DNA of 64,000 nucleotides from Raillietiella orientalis. Its lineage: Eukaryota. Positions 61,520-64,000 of the stretch are shown one piece after another. The stretch lies in the NCBI GenBank assembly GCA_036172245.1, contig JAYWIR010000011.1:1798001-1862000 (forward strand), read 5' to 3'. The notes below the pieces were generated by a model. That model worked only from the letters and a program-made list of their open reading frames with translations. It did no database searches and was not told the origin of the DNA. The position numbers and the translations under genes were made by a program. Position 1 is the first letter of the stretch, and every line of letters starts with the position of its first letter.

Positions 61520-62600
61520 CAGGCAGCGTTTCAGAGCGAGGACCGTGCCGAAGGCGTCCCGGCGGAGGGACGAGAAAGGATCGGGAGGATTTCAGAAACG
61601 CTGCAAGATGGAATGGATCCTGCAGCAGTGGATCCGTGCTGAGATGAAACGAACACGCTTCTTCGTCGTCGCTGGGTGCAAACCTCCAGGACAAAGGGAG
61701 CCCGGGCTGCGACGAATCTGCGCGGCCCTGACTGGGAAACAGTCAGCACCATGCACGCACGCACACACACCACGCAAAGTCATACGTCACGTGCGAGGAA
61801 GCACGCTGGGATAGGCACACGGCGGTCGGCGGTGTTCGTGTGTCGGTGCGCGCGCGCTGGTGGATGTGGAACATGTGCGGGGCGCACGAGTTCGAAGCGG
61901 AGATGCTTACAGCCGAGGTGCAGCTCCACCCTCCGCCGGAGGGATTCGAACGAAGGCGCAACGGGACGTCGCCGAACCTCCATCAGATCCCGGGCATTCC
62001 TCCAGATATGATTTTCCTTTTAGTTTTCGTTTTTTTTTTTTTTTTTCTTCCCTCAGCGGCCTCCGAGCAGCTCCTTTCGGCGAAGAACGAACTCTTCGGA
62101 GGGGAGCGGTGGTTTGACGGATGATCGTTTGCTCCAGCCGCAGCACCTGTTGGCGGAAGGGAACGCGCGTCTGCCGTGGCATCTTTACTCGACGATGTGG
62201 CGATGCGCTGCTCGCTATCGAGATCCAAGTGCGAGCTGGCGTCGAAGGAGAACATCTCGCGCGTATGCGCTGGGCGCTGCATGACGTGGCGGAAACACCG
62301 CGGATCCTGCTGTGTGTGGGCGCACGCGCGCGCTCCCCTCTTTCTTTTCCCTTCGAGAAAGAGCTCTCCCAAAAGGTCCCCGGAACGGTTTCTCCCGTAG
62401 GAAGGGGAGGGGGAGAAGCTTGCGAAGCAAGGAAGAAGAGGAGCGAAATTGGAACGTTCAAGGATGGCTCCTGGCGAGAGCGTGCATCACTCGTGGACGC
62501 TCACGAGCCGAAGGTCCGGAAGCGTGCCGCGACAGCTCTCAAGCCCGTCGCAGCCAAGCAGGGATGCTTTCCCTTCAGTATGCCGTCCGCTGCCCGTTCC
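61520..62600 (+). mobile_element. Tigger/pogo (CENP-B-like DDE_1) transposase relic
   Basis: KMEWILQQWI (MExLLxxWI), SNEGATG..RSRAFL (FNxDETG..PxRTFI), ALHDVAETP (LLDNAPGHP), ATALKPVAAKQG (TTSLIQPMDQG), in order. Confidence 0.55.
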
Positions 62601-64000
62601 GATGCTGTAGAAATGCTTGGACGGCATGCAGGAGTAGATCCGGTGTTCCCGAAAATCAGCTACGCTTTCCCGACAGTCTCTCGGGGGGGACGAAGCTTCT
62701 GAACATCTGAACGTTCCCTTCCCGCGCTCCGAAACCTTCCACCCGCACCCCACGCGAACCGTCCGGCATTCCTTGAGTTTACTTCGATATGGTCGCTCTT
62801 GTTGATTGCTGCCCTTTTCTGCCCGCAGGCAGGAATAGAGACCCCGCGTTCGCTGGGGTTCGAATGCGACCCTCTCCCGCTACGGATTTCATGCCCATTC
62901 GTGTTACCCGCTGCTGCCAGAAGGACTCGGGCAGTGCATTCCACGCGTTGGCGAGCGCAGCGCCCGTGGGTGCGTCCTCGTTTGAAGAAGATGAAGCTCG
63001 GGCAAGCGACCTGTGGTTCCCGCATTCGGAAGGTGTAACGATGGTGGTGCTGCAGGATGCCCCACAAAAGACGTAGATGGCTCTCGCCTGTAGGAAACCA
63101 TCACACAGACCAGCAGGAAATAGTCATGCCCTCTCGTGGCCGGCGTCGTCCATCTTCGCACTCTTCATTCGGCAAAGAGCGTTCGAGACTATCCATCCGT
63201 CCACGAGGCGCCGCTCAGGGAGGGCACCGCCCATCAGGAAACGCCTGCACCACTCTCGCTCCACCCCGGAGCGGACGGGAAAGGCGCAGGTCAGGACGAG
63301 CAAGCGAACCGACGATGCCGAAGGAGAACTGGGTCCTCGATGTCCCAGGTCCGGACATCCTCCTTGAAGGATCCACTCTGGACTGGGTGCGTCGTGGTCT
63401 GCGAGTCTCCAAGCGATGGCGCCAGGGTGGCTCTAGCAATTCGGGTGTGCGTTGGCGTCATCCCGCTTCGCGCGCACCTCCGGAGCGTGAAAGTGAAAGC
63501 ACACCCCACGAGGCGGCGTTGTAGAGCTGTTCCGAGGCGCCCCCAGGGGTTGAAGCAACGAGGCCTTAAAGCCGAGAAGAGCTGGAAGGCCATGGAAAGC
63601 AGCAATTGGGGTTACCATCATCGTCCTTGGACCAATAGCGGCAACCTCTTCCTGAGGTCGCTCGTGGCGTCGTGAAAGGGCCGAACATCGCGAGGGAGGC
63701 GCAGCGAGCGCAGACGTGGCGAGTTTTCCCGCCTTCCGGGAGCCGCGTGCGTGCGCGCACGCATGCAGTGATCGGCGCGTTCCCCCACGCGCGCCGGCGC
63801 GCTCGTTCCTGCGTTTTCCCAGCGCAGCCGCGCCGGAAGCGCATTCCCCTTCCCACTGGCGTGCGTAGGCGGCTTGCGACGAAGGGATTGGGGCGTGGAA
63901 GTAGGGAGGCGATCTCCCGGAACTGCCTACGTTCGTCCGTGCACCTCCGGGTCGCCGGCCTCCGGCGTGCGCGGTCTGGGGACGGGGGCGCCATCTCGCG

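Noticed and set aside
63985..64000. GCGCCATCT, CTCF/YY1-like motif
   Set aside because: A short motif that also occurs inside repeats and lies at the window edge with no independent support.

Overview
This is eukaryotic (metazoan, probably arthropod) genomic DNA, not prokaryotic, so nearly all ORFs in the six-frame track are spurious. I can support one intact gene: a minus-strand 805-aa C2H2 zinc-finger protein with a single coding exon (42058-44475), a probable 5'-UTR intron, an AT-rich 3' flank and a CpG-depleted gene body. Most of the rest is CpG-rich transposon remains. These include about eight copies of a tRNA-headed SINE whose body is an array of ~40-45-nt double-hairpin units; two copies form an inverted pair with ~650 bp of near-perfect identity. 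There are about nine fragments of Tx1/L1-clade LINEs, six of them ending in a shared AATAAA + hairpin motif. There is also a mariner-derived fold-back element built from two 3' ends, two Tigger/pogo-type MITEs, and heavily deleted relics of Tigger, Tc1, MULE, piggyBac and RT elements. Two host-gene fragments are recognisable (proteasome alpha-7 and a GT31 beta-1,3-galactosyltransferase). All family assignments come from motifs recognised by eye, with no database search, and relic boundaries are approximate.
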